A stretch of 64,000 nt of DNA from Octopus vulgaris. Its lineage: Eukaryota. A program made the position numbers and the translations under genes. Position 1 is the stretch's first letter, and every line of letters starts with the position of its first letter. Under the pieces are notes generated by a model. It worked only from the letters and a program-made list of their open reading frames with translations, was not told where the DNA came from and made no database searches. The stretch is from NCBI GenBank assembly GCA_951406725.2, contig OX597831.1:60202001-60266000 (forward strand), read 5' to 3'. Positions 1 through 13,698 of this stretch are shown one piece after another.

Positions 1-39
1 TTATTCATGGCTAAAATTATTTCACATATAATTTTAGCT

Positions 40-720
40 AGGAAATACCTACATTGCTGGAACAAAAAAGCTAAACCTCTGTAATACTGTAGTTAACGCA
101 CATAAAGAAATATACACTAACAGTGACCACAATCGTCCTGAATGTGCCGCTCGAATATTCTTCATATCACCAAAATGTTTCGGCAATTTTCCTTGCCTGA
201 TCACAGAAGATAACTTGACTGTTCAGCTCTTCCCGAATTCGGCACGCCATTAGTATTTATCATTTCGTCATAAATATGTTTTCATTCATGTGCGATAAGA
301 ACAGAATTAGAGCCGTTTAACTCTTATATCTAACAATGTAGGTGTTTTCCAACACGCTAGTGTTGCAAATGTCATTTAGTGACATTTATAATTCTCGTTT
401 TGGTGAAATATTGCAACCTACTGTTTGTATTAATTTTATACATACACATTAGTAAATCGCTAAATCGTCCAAGGTTTTGAATGACGAGAATATGAATATT
501 AATAGTGAAGCTAGTCAGTAAATGGTCGAACAGCCGAGCTGTTTTAAGTGAAGAGGCATAGGAACTTGTCGACACTGACGCCTCAATATTAAGCATTCTA
601 AATCGGAACTGCTCGGATGATAATGGTCACTGTTCGTGGATACGTTTCCATTCATGTGCATTAACTACACCATTTGAGCAGTTTAGCGCCTATTTCAAAA
701 AGTGTGTTTCCTAACACTCT
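40..720. repeat. Old diverged foldback/MITE-like element
   Basis: gctaaac..tgtagttaacgcacat..aacagtgacca (~70-130) is the diverged reverse complement of tggtcactgtt..atgtgcattaactaca..gtttagc (~585-690). Confidence 0.45.
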
Positions 721-820
721 AGTCACATTTAGTGACATGTGTAACTCTCCTTTATGGTGAAACCTAACAAACTGCTGTTTATATTAGTTTTAATTATACA
801 TATATATCTATGCATGCATG

Positions 821-856
<36 letters not shown>

Positions 857-3800
857 CTCATCGCTCTCAGATCTACGTTTATTATTTAAATACTCGTATG
901 TATATGCACCCGCACCACATAATAGATATGTATTAATGTGCAAATTGTAACGGGGAAAGTAATTTTCTTTTAAGAAAACTGAAATACTATCCGTAAGAAT
1001 TTATTCTATAAGATAAAATAAGTAGAATTTTGTAACCAGCAACATGGTTGAATAATGCTGGTTTTCAAATGAGGAAGAATTGGAATGGGGCGAAACTTTA
1101 TGCCTAAATCTCGAGAAATTTAATGGTTTTATTTGAATCTAGAAAAGATGAAAAACATTAGCCTTTAAAACGATGACTGCACACAAGGAAATCTTAGTAA
1201 CAGTACCTAGAAATTGCCCTGAGACACAGACATAATCGTGAGTTTGAACGAGTGTGCCAGAGTGTCACATGAACACTTATGTGTTAATCAAAGAGGATAG
1301 AGAGCCTGATATGCAAGTAAAAGAAATATACGTCAGTAATTACAACCCAATGGGAAATGCACATATGTCTTATAATGCATTTAAACAACTGACGTAGATC
1401 ATCTTAACGTCAATGTGGAAAATGTATTGCTACAATAAGAAGTCTTGAGAATCTAGAAGTATGTACTTTTTAGATGTGTGCGAAGTCTACTTAGGATACT
1501 GGAAGCCACTTCTAAAATCTATGGCGATGGAGAGATTCGGCGTAATATCGAGTGATTGAGCAACTCTGTGTAACCTTGTCCGATTTTTGAACTGTTCGGC
1601 AATCATGTACTTCGAAACATTTGTGGCACTGAAATGGTTAACTAAAATAGAACTAACACAATCCTGGGCTAAAATAAATTACCACCTTCTCGGATAGGTG
1701 ATAAACGTTCCAGCCTATGTGATAATGCTTTCAGCATATGTACACATTTAAACACATATCATTTAATTTATACTTCCTGACTCGTTATGTTCCACGATTC
1801 AGTCTCTATTTGTTTCTTTCATATTCATTTCTGCTCTATTTTAATTCTTCTTTTTGGATATTTATTTTAACACTCCAGAAACCTTGTGAAATGTAAAAAT
1901 GACATGTAAAAGCTTACCGACATACTACCCATGAACAGACATTGTGAAGAATTTGACTTTAGCACAAATTTACTGTCAGATACGAAAATTTATCTCAAAA
2001 AATTTACAGATTCACTATATTTTTCATTTAATTCAATTTGTAACGTATTCTTATAGAAAATTATTAAAAGATAGTTTGAATTAACAATGTAGATATTTTG
2101 TATTATCAATCTTGGTCCATTATATTATTTATGCAAGTTATAAATTGTCTGGCATAATAAGTTTAGGTAGTATTTTTCGGAGATATGGATATCTTCTAAT
2201 GTTATCTTATGTTGGCATCATTAAATGTACTATGGGTGATGACTAACTGACATTCAAACGGCGAGGGCAAACATTATGAGAGTAGCTCTCCAAAGCTGCA
2301 GGCTGCTACCGTTTTTGCTGATGATACCTAAAATATGATACCTAAAATACTTTACGCGTTTTACACTTTGTTGATATATGCTTAGATACTCTTTTTAGTA
2401 ATAATATATTTAGTAATGTTTTTTTCAGATATACATTTCGATACTTAAGAAAATAAATATTCATCTCTAGGCTTACTTATATCTTCCTACCAGCAAGCAA
2501 AATGGGGCATTTCATGCTATAGAGTTATAAGACTCAGATGTAGTTGTATATATTCTGTTTGAGGACTGATGTTTTGTTAAGTAGTCAGACATTTTGTATA
2601 TAACTATACCTTGTGAATTTTGAATAATTCAGTATCAAAATGCATTTACACTCGGAATCCTCACAATTGTTTCATAATATGCTTATATTCAAGTAGTACA
2701 TCACTTCTATCACATCGTACTACATCACTTAGCTGAAAATCTTATTAATTGCGTCTTCGGTGCATCACGTCATTTAACAGAGTTTCTTGCCTGTGGTGAA
2801 TGTAGCTATGTATTTTCGGGTGGTTGTGCCTTTTAGAGATATGGGTCTAATCTTTAAAAAAATGAAGTGTACATATCTGCGAAAGATTGTATTCCACTAC
2901 TTAATTCACACGAAATATTGGAGATAGAGTTTAACAACTGTATTTCAGAATTTGTTATTTAGTTGCTGTTATTGTTATCGCTGTGCATGCGACGGTGTAC
3001 AACTTACCGTAGACCAGATTACATATGCCGAATTTTATCTTAATACATACATGATACATCTTCCTTATTAAGGTATTAGTTTCTGCGCACTATTATATCC
3101 AATGTGTCATCATTCAAGACATTCTGATTCAAGGGAGATTATATTTCACTATTTCTATCCCGTCACGAGAACAAATAGTGAACACTCCGTTGGCTCCATC
3201 TATCAAACATTGTGTAAGGCTGTCTTGAAGCTCAGTCTGTCAAATATTGTGTAGTGTTGTCAGGAAGATTGATGTTCATATACAAGTGCGTAAGTGACGG
3301 ATGGAAGGAGAGGACAGGGGAGAGTAGTAGTCATTCAAACTGAAATGGAACGAGATGTGAGAGAAAAGTATATATTATTCTATATGCACATATATAAATT
3401 TTGGGACGAATATAACTTAAAATCACCAGTCCTGCAAGCGTTTGGCAAAACTAGAAAAATTAAGCAGCCTACTCAATTATCTACACTTCAGATCGCATAA
3501 CAGCCAGCGGTGTGCAACAGACTGTCTCTCACAGATATGTAAGAAATTTATCAAGAGAACGATTAACCAAACTGGGACCCATACAATATTGTATTTCTGC
3601 ATTGTATTTCAGACATCTCACAGGATTTCTATGCATTAAGAAAAGATATTTGAGACTGTGACTTATATAAAACAATCAATATTCTTTACATAGATGTGAT
3701 GTGAGTAATGATGTATATCTTGTTGCATAGATTGCAAATAAGAATATAAAATAGAACTTTTAATATGCCAGCCACATTCATTGAGACTGAAGATCACAAT

Positions 3801-4341
3801 AATCATTATCTATATAATCATCAAGGGAGGTAAATTACGACATACCCATCGACAAGCGCGAGCACACACACACACACACACAGATACACACAAACACACA
3901 CACACAAACGTGATTGTTCTTAAAAGTAGAAATAGACAAAACGATTTCTTTTAACACTTAATTTTTTTTCTATATAGCGTTTTACACTTTTTTCTTTCGT
4001 ATAATCGGACCATCGGCATAGAACTGAAATATATAGTCTAACTGACCATACTTTTGTCTATTTCTTATTTCTGAATCTTGTATTTTGATTATAATTATAT
4101 TTTGTCCGCCATTATAATAATGGCTGTAGTTTTGTCTGTAAGTGGATAAAAACAAAACACAGCATTTTGTATGCATCCTCATGATTTATGAAATGAATGT
4201 TTGGCAGAAAGAAGGACTTATTTTAAAAAATCATCTGAGGAGGCACATTTTACGCATTACTGGGACAATAATGATTACGTATCTCGTTTTTGGATTTGGT
4301 TTGCAAAATGCTTTATATGAGTTCGCGTGTTGAAGCATATT

Positions 4342-4568
4342 CTGTTGTGTCTGGGGAGAGTCATTTTCTATTTGTGTCTTATAATGTAACACTCACCGGT
4401 AAAATTTTTCTTTTCCTAAAATTTTCCTAAAACAGTCCAGACTATTGAAAAGGTTGCAAGACGAAACAAAAATTTTAGGAAAATAAAAATAAGAAACAAG
4501 TGGGAATTTTACCGGTGAGTGAGTTATAAGGCACAAAAAGAAAATGTCTCTCACCAGAAACAACAGAG
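4342..4568. mobile_element. Foldback element, probably inverted copies of a PLE terminal repeat
   Basis: ctgttgtgtctggggagagtcattttc..ctcaccggtaaaatt..cctaaaatttt pairs with aaaattttagg..aattttaccggtgag..gaaaatgtctctcaccagaaacaacag; a one-armed copy lies at ~15400-15490. Confidence 0.65.
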
Positions 4569-4794
4569 TGATTACATATTATCTCAACAATTTACTACGG
4601 AACAATTGTAGTGATTTTAAATAAAGAATGAGTTTCTTTCTATTTTCTATATTATCAATTTATATAAACATTGGTGATACTGTGGAACTCCTGATGTACA
4701 TTAACTAGAAAGCCCGATTCGCTTGAATAAGATCACCATGTAGCCAGTGACTGTGGGCGAGCTATACATAACATACAACAAAGGGTTTATATAT

Positions 4795-5099
4795 ATGGTC
4801 CAGGGGTTAGGGCAGTGGACTCGCGGTCGTAGGATCACGGTTACGATTCGAAAACCGGCGTTGTGATTGTTTATTGAGCGAAAACACCTAAAACTCCACG
4901 ACGCTCCGTCAGGGTGTGGGGGCAATTCCTGCTGTACTCTTTGGCCACAATTTTCTCTCACTCTTTCTTCTGTTGGCCTACTCGCTTAGCCAGCGCGTTG
5001 ACGTCATTTGAACGCAAAACCAATACGAAGCGCATTGTGACCAGTGATGTCTGATAACAATATCTGATAGCCTGGTCGGTCACGGTGATCACGGTGATA
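4795..5099 (+). mobile_element. tRNA-derived SINE (family A)
   Basis: tRNA-like head with A/B-box-like segments; ends in cacggtgat repeats; homologous copy at 28883-29137 (-). Confidence 0.75.
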
Positions 5100-5358
5100 T
5101 ACATACATATATTACACATATATGTGAGTAAATGTATATATACATATATATATACATATATATATACAAATTAGTAAATAAATGGCACAACTAAGTACCG
5201 ATATTTACTGGAAATAGCGAACGTAAAAATACGACGCTAATGTGTAGCTTCACCGCGTATGTATTAGCAAAAATGCGTGTGTGCAACAAAATAGAGAAAA
5301 ACAACCGTCTTACCTCCAGGGAGAGCATCTGAAAGATGAAACACCCGGAAAATGGATA

Positions 5359-5436
5359 ATGTGGTACCTGCAGGTTTCAGGTTTTGCAAGATATGTCTCT
5401 CACCCATATTTTGCTTTACCTTCTTCAGCCAAACAT
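5359..5436 (-). ncRNA. Type I hammerhead ribozyme, canonical core
   Basis: Minus strand: ugg-CUGAAGA-aggu[extended stem II]accu-GAAA-ccugcagg-UA-cca; palindromic stem III ACCUGCAGGU; GUA cleavage triplet. Confidence 0.85.
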
Positions 5437-5699
5437 ATACCAAGACGAAATCTACGATGTTACCACATTAATACTAACACACTCGACTGAAATACGGAAC
5501 GCTAACAGTACGAGAAACGGTGAAGAAGTTTCAAAATATCAGTAATGCAATACAAAGTATTGCCTTCCAGTAAAAAGTACTTTGTATTGCATTACTGATA
5601 TTTTGAAATTCTTCACCGTTTCTCGTACTGTTAGCGTTCCGTATTTCAGTCGAGTGTGTTAGTATTAATGTGGTAACATCGTAGATTTCGTCTTGGTAT

Positions 5700-5777
5700 A
5701 TGTTTGGCTGAAGAAGTTAAAGCAAAATATGGGTGAGAGACATATCTTGCAAAACCTGAAACCTGCAGGTACCACAT
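5700..5777 (+). ncRNA. Type I hammerhead ribozyme (mirror copy, one stem II mismatch)
   Basis: tgg CTGAAGA agtt...acct GAAA cctgcagg TA cca. Confidence 0.8.
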
Positions 5778-6028
5778 TATCCATTTTCCGGGTGTTTCAT
5801 CTTTCAGATGTTCTCCCTGGAGGTAAGACGGTTTTTTTCTCTATTTTGTTGCACACACGCATTTTTGCTAATACATACGCGGTGAAGCTACACATTAGCG
5901 TCGTATTTTTACGTTCGCTATTTCCAGTAAATATCGGTACTTAGTTGTGCCATTTATTTACTAATTTGTGTATTTTTCCCTCACGGGCTACTTTTTACTG
6001 GAAGGCAATACTTTGTATTGCATTACTG

Positions 6029-6065
<37 letters not shown>

Positions 6066-6892
6066 ATATATATATATATATATGTGTCTGTGTGTGTATC
6101 TCTATAAATCTAACAACCCATTATTTTCTCCCACTCAGCCGCCCTGCCTCTACACATACACGTATATATGTATATATATATATATGTATACATATATATA
6201 TATATATATATTTATACATATAAATATATATGTATATGTATCTATATGTATATCTTTCTATATCTATCTATCTATACATACATACACATATACATGCACA
6301 TATATATGTGTGGTGCGAAACGATATCACTATTTTAATACGTCTTCATATAAATGCTTATCGCAGCTTCAATCAAATAAAGTCACACGTGAAATTGATAG
6401 AAAAACATAAACACACAACAAATTAGACTTAAGATTTTAAACCTCTTATTTGAGAAATATTTCCCGAAAATATTTTCCAGTTTTTATTTTCTAATCCTAA
6501 TTAATATTTGCATTAAGGTAGTAAATAAAACAAAATTTTCGTAAACAAATATATGTATTTCAAAACAGTATTTAGATTATAATACACTAGAATATCAACT
6601 TCATATCTTTTCGGTATTAAAATATCTCATTTTTTATTTTTGTTTGTTTCCTCGATTGGATTAAAGAATGTAATTAGAATATTTTGTCGATAATATGCAC
6701 TCTGTAGGCAATATGCAATGCATTACAGCCATAAACACACAACAAAATTAAGCATATGCATATATATTCAGGCAATTATATACATGAGCATATGTATTTA
6801 TATGTATGTGTGTGCATATAAATATATGTATGTGTGTGTATATATATTTATATATAGATATAGATAAATATAGATGACTAGACGTATATATG

Positions 6893-6945
<53 letters not shown>

Positions 6946-6954
6946 GTGTCTATG

Positions 6955-6986
<32 letters not shown>

Positions 6987-7339
6987 TGGATAGACATATA
7001 TATGTATATATATATACATATATTTATACATATATGTATATATATATATATATATGTGTGTGTGTATTACATAATTTCTTTAAATAGAAATGATATTAAA
7101 AAATAACCAAAAATATGTCGAGGTTTGCGAGACAGCAACTCAATCCGGAGCGCGTGGTATCCTCCAAAATCCCAAAGAGCAAATCCTGTCCATGTGTTCA
7201 CCACTGCTGAAAAAATCACATCCGGAATTAAGCAATTGGTTGGAATTACTGGATCTACGTAGAATATGAGAACGTTCCGCTACGCATAATTTGCATTGAT
7301 AGAGCCGTTAACATATGGCTTCGATTTCTTTACTATAGT

Positions 7340-7870
7340 CCAGAATATATAGTCCAGAATAGTTGTGGAGCATACGTGACTATACAATAGTATTCGTGAC
7401 TAGACAATAGTATACGTGACTAGCCAATTTAGTTTCACTAGTTTTATTGATGTACCGGAAACAAAGTATGTTGTTTGCATAACATCGATTGAATCCCCTT
7501 CCACATAACTGAATGTAATTCTTTTCAATTAAGTTATCTTGAAGCGTAACTTTAGCCTCGTATATGAGGGTGTTTATCCAACACGTCTCATCCAGTGGTG
7601 AAATTCCTGGGACTCGTCTGATACAGCTGGGAATCTGTTGCATGTGATTTTTATGAATTATGATGTTCTTCATATCTAGGATACAGTTGTGTGATATTTT
7701 GATAGGGCGTCAGTTGATAAATCCCTTGCATTTATGACGCATTGGGAAATGTTTATCTAAAAGAGACAGTAATTTCTTGTCTACGTCAGAGTTGTAATAT
7801 ATTTTAAAAGTTTTCTCCATTCTAATGCCGATTCCAAATGCATTGCAAGATGCAGAAAACATGGGCTGTG
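7340..7870 (-). pseudogene. Penelope-like element C-terminal remnant (linker + GIY-YIG endonuclease)
   Basis: Translates to LLSLLDKHFP..IKISHNC..MKNII..PLDETC..LIYEAKV..KNYI..ETKLASHV, matching the PLE linker/GIY-YIG pattern; stops present. Confidence 0.7.
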
Positions 7871-8027
7871 CGTGTGCTTATGTGTAGTTCTGAACACATG
7901 TACTTGATAATGTGTGTGTATATAGTTCATATATACATATATAAATGTACATGCAAGTGTCTACTGAACGAATTCATATAGCAATTACTTAAAGCTCACC
8001 AACCACCACTGATACAATAACACATTC

Positions 8028-8092
<65 letters not shown>

Positions 8093-8096
<4 letters not shown>

Positions 8097-8298
8097 ATCC
8101 AAACAAGAAAGCACAAAAGAAACACTACAACGCGAGGACGTGGAACAATTATAGTATTATTGGACGCTCAGGAAAGAAGGAAAGAGGGAGGGTTCAATGT
8201 TTCAAGCGGAGCTCTTCGTCGGAAACATAGGAGAAGGAAAGATCCAGAGAAGGGAAGACAGAGGAAAAAATCGCCAACGGTACACACGCGGTCACATT
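8093..8298 (-). mobile_element. Solo PLE-type terminal repeat with hammerhead-like motif (~8191-8225, core CCGACGA)
   Basis: Close homologue of 36140-36345; embedded in (TA)n. Confidence 0.7.
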
Positions 8299-8794
8299 TA
8301 TATATATAGTTTAATGAAATTTATTTATAACGGAAAATATCCCTTAATGTGCACTACATTCCACATTATTTGATGCGTTTAATAAGACTTGTATCGATAC
8401 GAATATATGATTTACTCACCTGCACCACCTTCGACATCAACACTACTGTACATTTATCTATGTATGCCTTTAATGCCCTCGGTATGCCATTAAGCTGCTT
8501 CCTATGGTGAGGTGCTAGTTCAGCTGCTCAGGATTTGCGGGGAGCGCGGAGTTGCACCGTAATTACACTTACTCCTTATTACCCAGAATGATAGCACCTG
8601 CCAGTGTCCCATCTAAGAGTTCCATTGCTTTCCACAGTATAGAGGAACAGTTATTTCTGGTTCATCTGTGGGAAACCTGCTCATAATATTTCAGATCCCA
8701 TCTTCCTCCATCTTATTGTCAGAGTAATGCGCCCTCTGTGAGGTGATATTACTTTTCATACCTGCGAGTAACGATCTCTCTTATTTACATTACA

Positions 8795-9000
8795 ATTGGT
8801 GGATATTTGTCCCCAAATTGTTTGTTAACACAACGTTTCAGCAGATATACCGTCCAGCCAACATCAGGTTTCTTGGGGAAATTTCGAAAAATACCTTAGG
8901 AATGAGAACCCAGGTTCGAAATTTCCCCAAGAAGAAGACTGGGGGTATATCAGCCGAAACGTTGTATTAAAAACAAACACGATGATGACAAATATCCGTC
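8795..9000. mobile_element. Foldback element with two decayed hammerhead motifs
   Basis: aacgtttcagcagatatacc..ttcttggggaaatttcgaa / ttcgaaatttccccaagaa..ggtatatcagccgaaacgtt; minus strand reads CUGAUG..ggcug..GAAAC. Confidence 0.65.
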
Positions 9001-10391
9001 AATTCTATATAATGTAAATAACGTAAATAATTCATCTCTTAAATATAGAACTGAATAAGCTCTCTAGTATTGTGAGCATCGCATATCTTCGTGTTTCCGT
9101 CTCCAGTGTGATTTGCTGAGTGATATCGAGCATACATGTTTTTTCTTTGTCTGATTCTGCAATTTTGATAATACTTGGAAACACAAACTCAGTGACATTT
9201 TGCTTCACTATCAACGAAAACAATCATTCCATTTCTAGTTAACGCGGAATAAAAAACATTCTATGCAGTTGGTCGTTTAAAATCATCTTAAAAGCATCTT
9301 ATCACACAAAGGGTGAAAAAATAAAATACCAGATAACTGCTGAGTTACATCTAATTCAATACCACCATTGCTTTAAAACTTTGAACCTCCTGCCGAAATA
9401 AAAAACAACATTACATGCTGCATCATTTATTCCAGTTCTTCTTCTCTTTCATGATTATGTTTTATCTGACAGTTCAGATAAAATTTTCGTATATTAAATT
9501 TGTGTAGTCAAAACATATAGTATTCATGGGAGAAACTTAGTGAAGGTTGAATTATACAATCATTGAATGTGAAAAAAGTGAAAAATGGTATAATGATTCC
9601 ATGAGTATTTGATTTCTCTCAAACACATGTGTAATTTCATTCCATGACTGATTCAGTTTATACATTCTTATAGAGCATCTCGATACTTCGAAAATAGTTA
9701 TCTCAACAGGTTTTGCTGACCTCATATTTCATAATTTATTCTAAAGTACATATGACGATAATTATGATTACAATTAGCAGCCGAACAATAACGTATCATC
9801 ACCTGAAAACTATCGGAATTTGAATTGACAGCATGACACCTCCTTGTGACATATCTTATGCAAATGATGTCGATTCTGTTGAAATAAGTATTGCGATTAC
9901 TGATATTCCTTTCATCAAATACTTTATACATTGTTGTAACTCATATAAAGGTCGGTGTATTAAAGCATATACATTTTTCTTGTATCGTAAGTAATCGCAA
10001 TAATAATGTGCGTGTGCATTTAGTAATTTGATAATTCCACAGTTACTTGAGATTATAGTTATACAATAAGTCTGTTATGGATTCGCCATGCGTCTTTCAG
10101 GCAGTCGGACTTTTGTCACATGTTTACCTATGGTATCTATTGATATTATTCGAAGAACCCCTTTTGTTAACTCCCATATTTCATCGAGCTTCAGATCACC
10201 GCCTTCGGTATATTTGTATTCTCCAAAAAGACGGGTTGTCGATTTGTTTTAGTGATTTGCCTTAATTCAGTGAATATCACATTAAAATAATTGTATTTAA
10301 CATGTTTGTTTTGTAGTCGCGAGGGGATGATATGTGAATTTAAAGTAAATAATTGTTGTGAACTAAGATAAATACCGAATGCATTTTACAT

Positions 10392-10621
10392 TTTTCTTTA
10401 CTGCCCACAAGGGGCTAAACACAGAGAGGACAAACAAGGACAGGCAAACGGATTAAGTCGATTATATCGACCCAGTGCGTAACTGGTACTTATTTAATCG
10501 ACCCCGAAAGGATGAAAGGCAAAGTTGACCTCGTCGGAATTTAACCTCAGAACGTAAAACAGGCGAAATACCACTAAGCATTTCGCCCGAGGTGCTAACG
10601 TTTCTGCCAGCTCGCCGTCTT
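10392..10621 (-). mobile_element. tRNA-head Meta-domain SINE (family M)
   Basis: Core gcctttcatcctt-cggggtcga-taaataagtaccag on the minus strand; diverged TSD accgaatg(c/t)atttt at 10374 and 10624. Confidence 0.85.
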
Positions 10622-11445
10622 ACACCGAATGTATTTTGCCATTCAGGGAATAAACGAGCATGAAAAATTCTGAGTGATACTTGTAGAATATGCATTTCTA
10701 AAACACGTAACTATGAAATCCCTTTTTCGGTGAAAAGAGGAGTTTCCATGCTTACCCTACATTTACGCTCTCCGACATTGATGGCATTAATGTAAGCATT
10801 GCTTACGTTTGTATAGTAAGACTGAAATGAATAACTGATTTTAAGACAACTTTGTAAAAAGTTAAATAAATTGTGTCATCTAGGAAGATGTACAATAAAA
10901 GTGGTAGAATAATATCTATGCTTTCGTTTTCAGAACTATGCAATTTACTTGATTATTGTAGATTAATCGTCCCTCATCCAATAATAGTCATCCGATAGAT
11001 GACTACTTAACCCTGGATTGCTCAGTCCGCTTCTCACGGACATGCAAGGATAACACATTGAACGCAGCTACATAGGTATGCCTTCCCTCGATCAGTATGT
11101 ACTACAATTGCACCAGGTAAATGCACACAAATACTAAATTAAAGGGCATTAGGACACAAATGCAGCAGAGATTACTTGTCGGATTGGAATTTTATGTGAA
11201 TGTGAAGAGAAAAAAACCCTTCGCCTACAGGGAACTTCTCCCATGTTATTGAGAATAATTTTGCCGATTTACTGATAATCATTTTTCTCTGTAGACGAAG
11301 ATGATTTATGTAGCGAACACATTTTTTCAAATAAGTGGGACAAAGGTGCTGAGGCGTGTGGTATAGTTATATATACGTACACACACACACACTCACATTT
11401 AATCGATATATAACGTATATAAATAAATATATATATATATATATG

Positions 11446-11492
<47 letters not shown>

Positions 11493-11496
<4 letters not shown>

Positions 11497-11720
11497 ATTT
11501 AGGAATGGTCATTTTGCCCGTTTAGCCAATAAAAATACACACGCACTATATATTTGTTGTTACTTTGCTTCAGCGTTATTTATTTTTTACGAAATAAGAT
11601 GAAATAAGATTAAGATTAATGTAAAAAATAAATAACGCTGAAGCAAAGTAACACCAAATATATAGTGCATGTGTTTTTTTTATTGGCTAAACTGGCAAAA
11701 TGACCATTTCTAAATACAAA
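11493..11720. repeat. Foldback palindrome with ~95-bp arms
   Basis: ttgtatttaggaatggtcattttgcc..ttcagcgttatttatttttt / aaaaaataaataacgctgaa..ggcaaaatgaccatttctaaatacaa; next to (TA)n. Confidence 0.85.
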
Positions 11721-11791
11721 GATAAGACAAATACAACAATATCTGTTTCAACACACGATTTCACATAAAAAATCTTGCAAAACAAATATAT

Positions 11792-11891
<100 letters not shown>

Positions 11892-12961
11892 CTAACCCTA
11901 ACATTCGAGTAATATCGGTAAGAAGTGAGAGTAACGCTTTATCAATGATTTTAAAAATCGCTCTGAAAAGAAAACTATTTACCACTAGTGATAACTATTA
12001 TGGAAAGAATAACAGCCGATCCGTGATTTCAAGATGATGGGAAATTGAACATGTCTATGTGGTTTGGATGAGCATATGTGTCGTTAAGCACGAATACATA
12101 TTACCTAAATTTTGTTATAAATGTTACTGTGCATAAATTGTCAGGTAATCAATGGCGATATCATATTCACTATGCAAAACAGGAAGACATTCTAGACTTC
12201 TAGACAGGCAGCACTGTTACTAGCAATTTTTCGGTAGGCATTAGTAAATGATATATATTAAAATATCATTACCAAAATGTACCATTCAAACAAAATATTC
12301 ATTAACAATCTGATGCATAAACAGAAGAAGCATCATACGTTTTGAATGATTTAAAAACAGATAATGGGTCTCTGTAAAACCAGATGGAACTGAAAACTGT
12401 AATTGGTTGAAACTTGACAGTAAACCTGGAGAATATGTGCAATATAATCCTTGCATTCTCTCTCAATGTACGACTGTTTAAATCATTGAATAAAAAACGT
12501 TTTTTTTTTATTAACATTAACTATACCAGAGAGTCAGTATTTTTCCCTCAGATTTCCATCGTAATTGAGAAATAAATACGGCTTATACACAGAATTTAGA
12601 AATTTGGAATTCGCCCAACGTAATGTCCTATGAAGTGATGGTAATTGCCCAAGATTATTGATTAAAAAGCTGGAACAAATACAGAATATATTTATTTTCT
12701 GACTTTTCTAATAATAAAAGGAAGAAATAAAAGAGTTGAATAAATATTTAAAGATATATTAAGTTTTAATTAACGAAAACAGAACCAGAATCGAATTATC
12801 TCCCGGAGGAAAAAAATATATATGATAAATTTTGAAAACATTGAGAGAAACCAGCCGATTCTCCCACACACACATGCATAAAAATATATACTCATATATA
12901 GATATATACATACGTATGCAAGAATACGTATATTTGTATACATTCGCACACACAGTCACAG

Positions 12962-12997
<36 letters not shown>

Positions 12998-13538
12998 ACG
13001 CACACATATATACATATAGCACGAGGAGTTATAGGCGGGCAATTTAAACTGGTTGTGTACATACGTGCATATATATGTATCTATACGTTCGTATATGGAT
13101 GTATTCATATGTTATATGTATATATATACATATGTGTATTTATGTTACTATCTGTGTACATTCCATTGATGAGGCAAAGCATTTCTTATGCAAACCCAGA
13201 AACCTGGGATCTGGAATTATCCGGTTATTTTTGGTAGTTTATTTTGTTCTTTTGTCTTCTCTCCTTGGTGCTGTATGAACATTTCATGTGGTTTTAGAGT
13301 CAAATTTTGGCTGTTATTTCCAGCGTGGAGTTATCTCTCAGATACGCTAAATTATAATATATATAACAATAATAAATCTCTGAACGAGATATAAACAGTA
13401 ACCGCTCGACAACGTAAGGGGAATTAGCCATCTGAATGTGGCTAGCCACTGGGGTGGGGTGGGGTGTTACTGATGCTTTTAGCCCCAGGCGATCAACGTC
13501 ACCAGAACGACTTTAGACACTATCTCAGTGCCCTTGTG

Positions 13539-13669
13539 TTATTTGCAAAGGGAGATCATCCTCCCTCGAAGACCCGAGTACTACATACGGACTATAGTTT
13601 CAAGGTAATTGCCTCTCGTCAACGCATGATAAGCACCGATCTTCGATGAAGGAGTCCCCTTGCAAATAA
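13539..13669. repeat. Small MITE-like inverted repeat
   Basis: ttatttgcaaaggga..tcgaaga / tcttcga..tccccttgcaaataa. Confidence 0.5.
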
Positions 13670-13698
13670 TATATAACGTTTTTCACAGCAACCACTGT

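Larger units (their letters stand above)
5166..5969. repeat. ~800-bp near-perfect palindrome (arms 5166-5559 and 5578-5969), PLE pLTR-like
   Basis: Arms are reverse complements with about four differences seen by eye; 18-nt spacer; an inverted partial copy of the centre at ~5989-6030; flanked by (TA)n. Confidence 0.95.

Noticed and set aside
5315-5345. ctgaaagatgaaac as a second, opposite-strand hammerhead in the palindrome arm
   Set aside because: No consistent core, stem I or stem III could be built
9829-11116. Plus-strand stretches with AG..GT borders (~9830-9950, ~10960-11116)
   Set aside because: No recognisable protein, and stops or frame inconsistency; cannot be supported as exons
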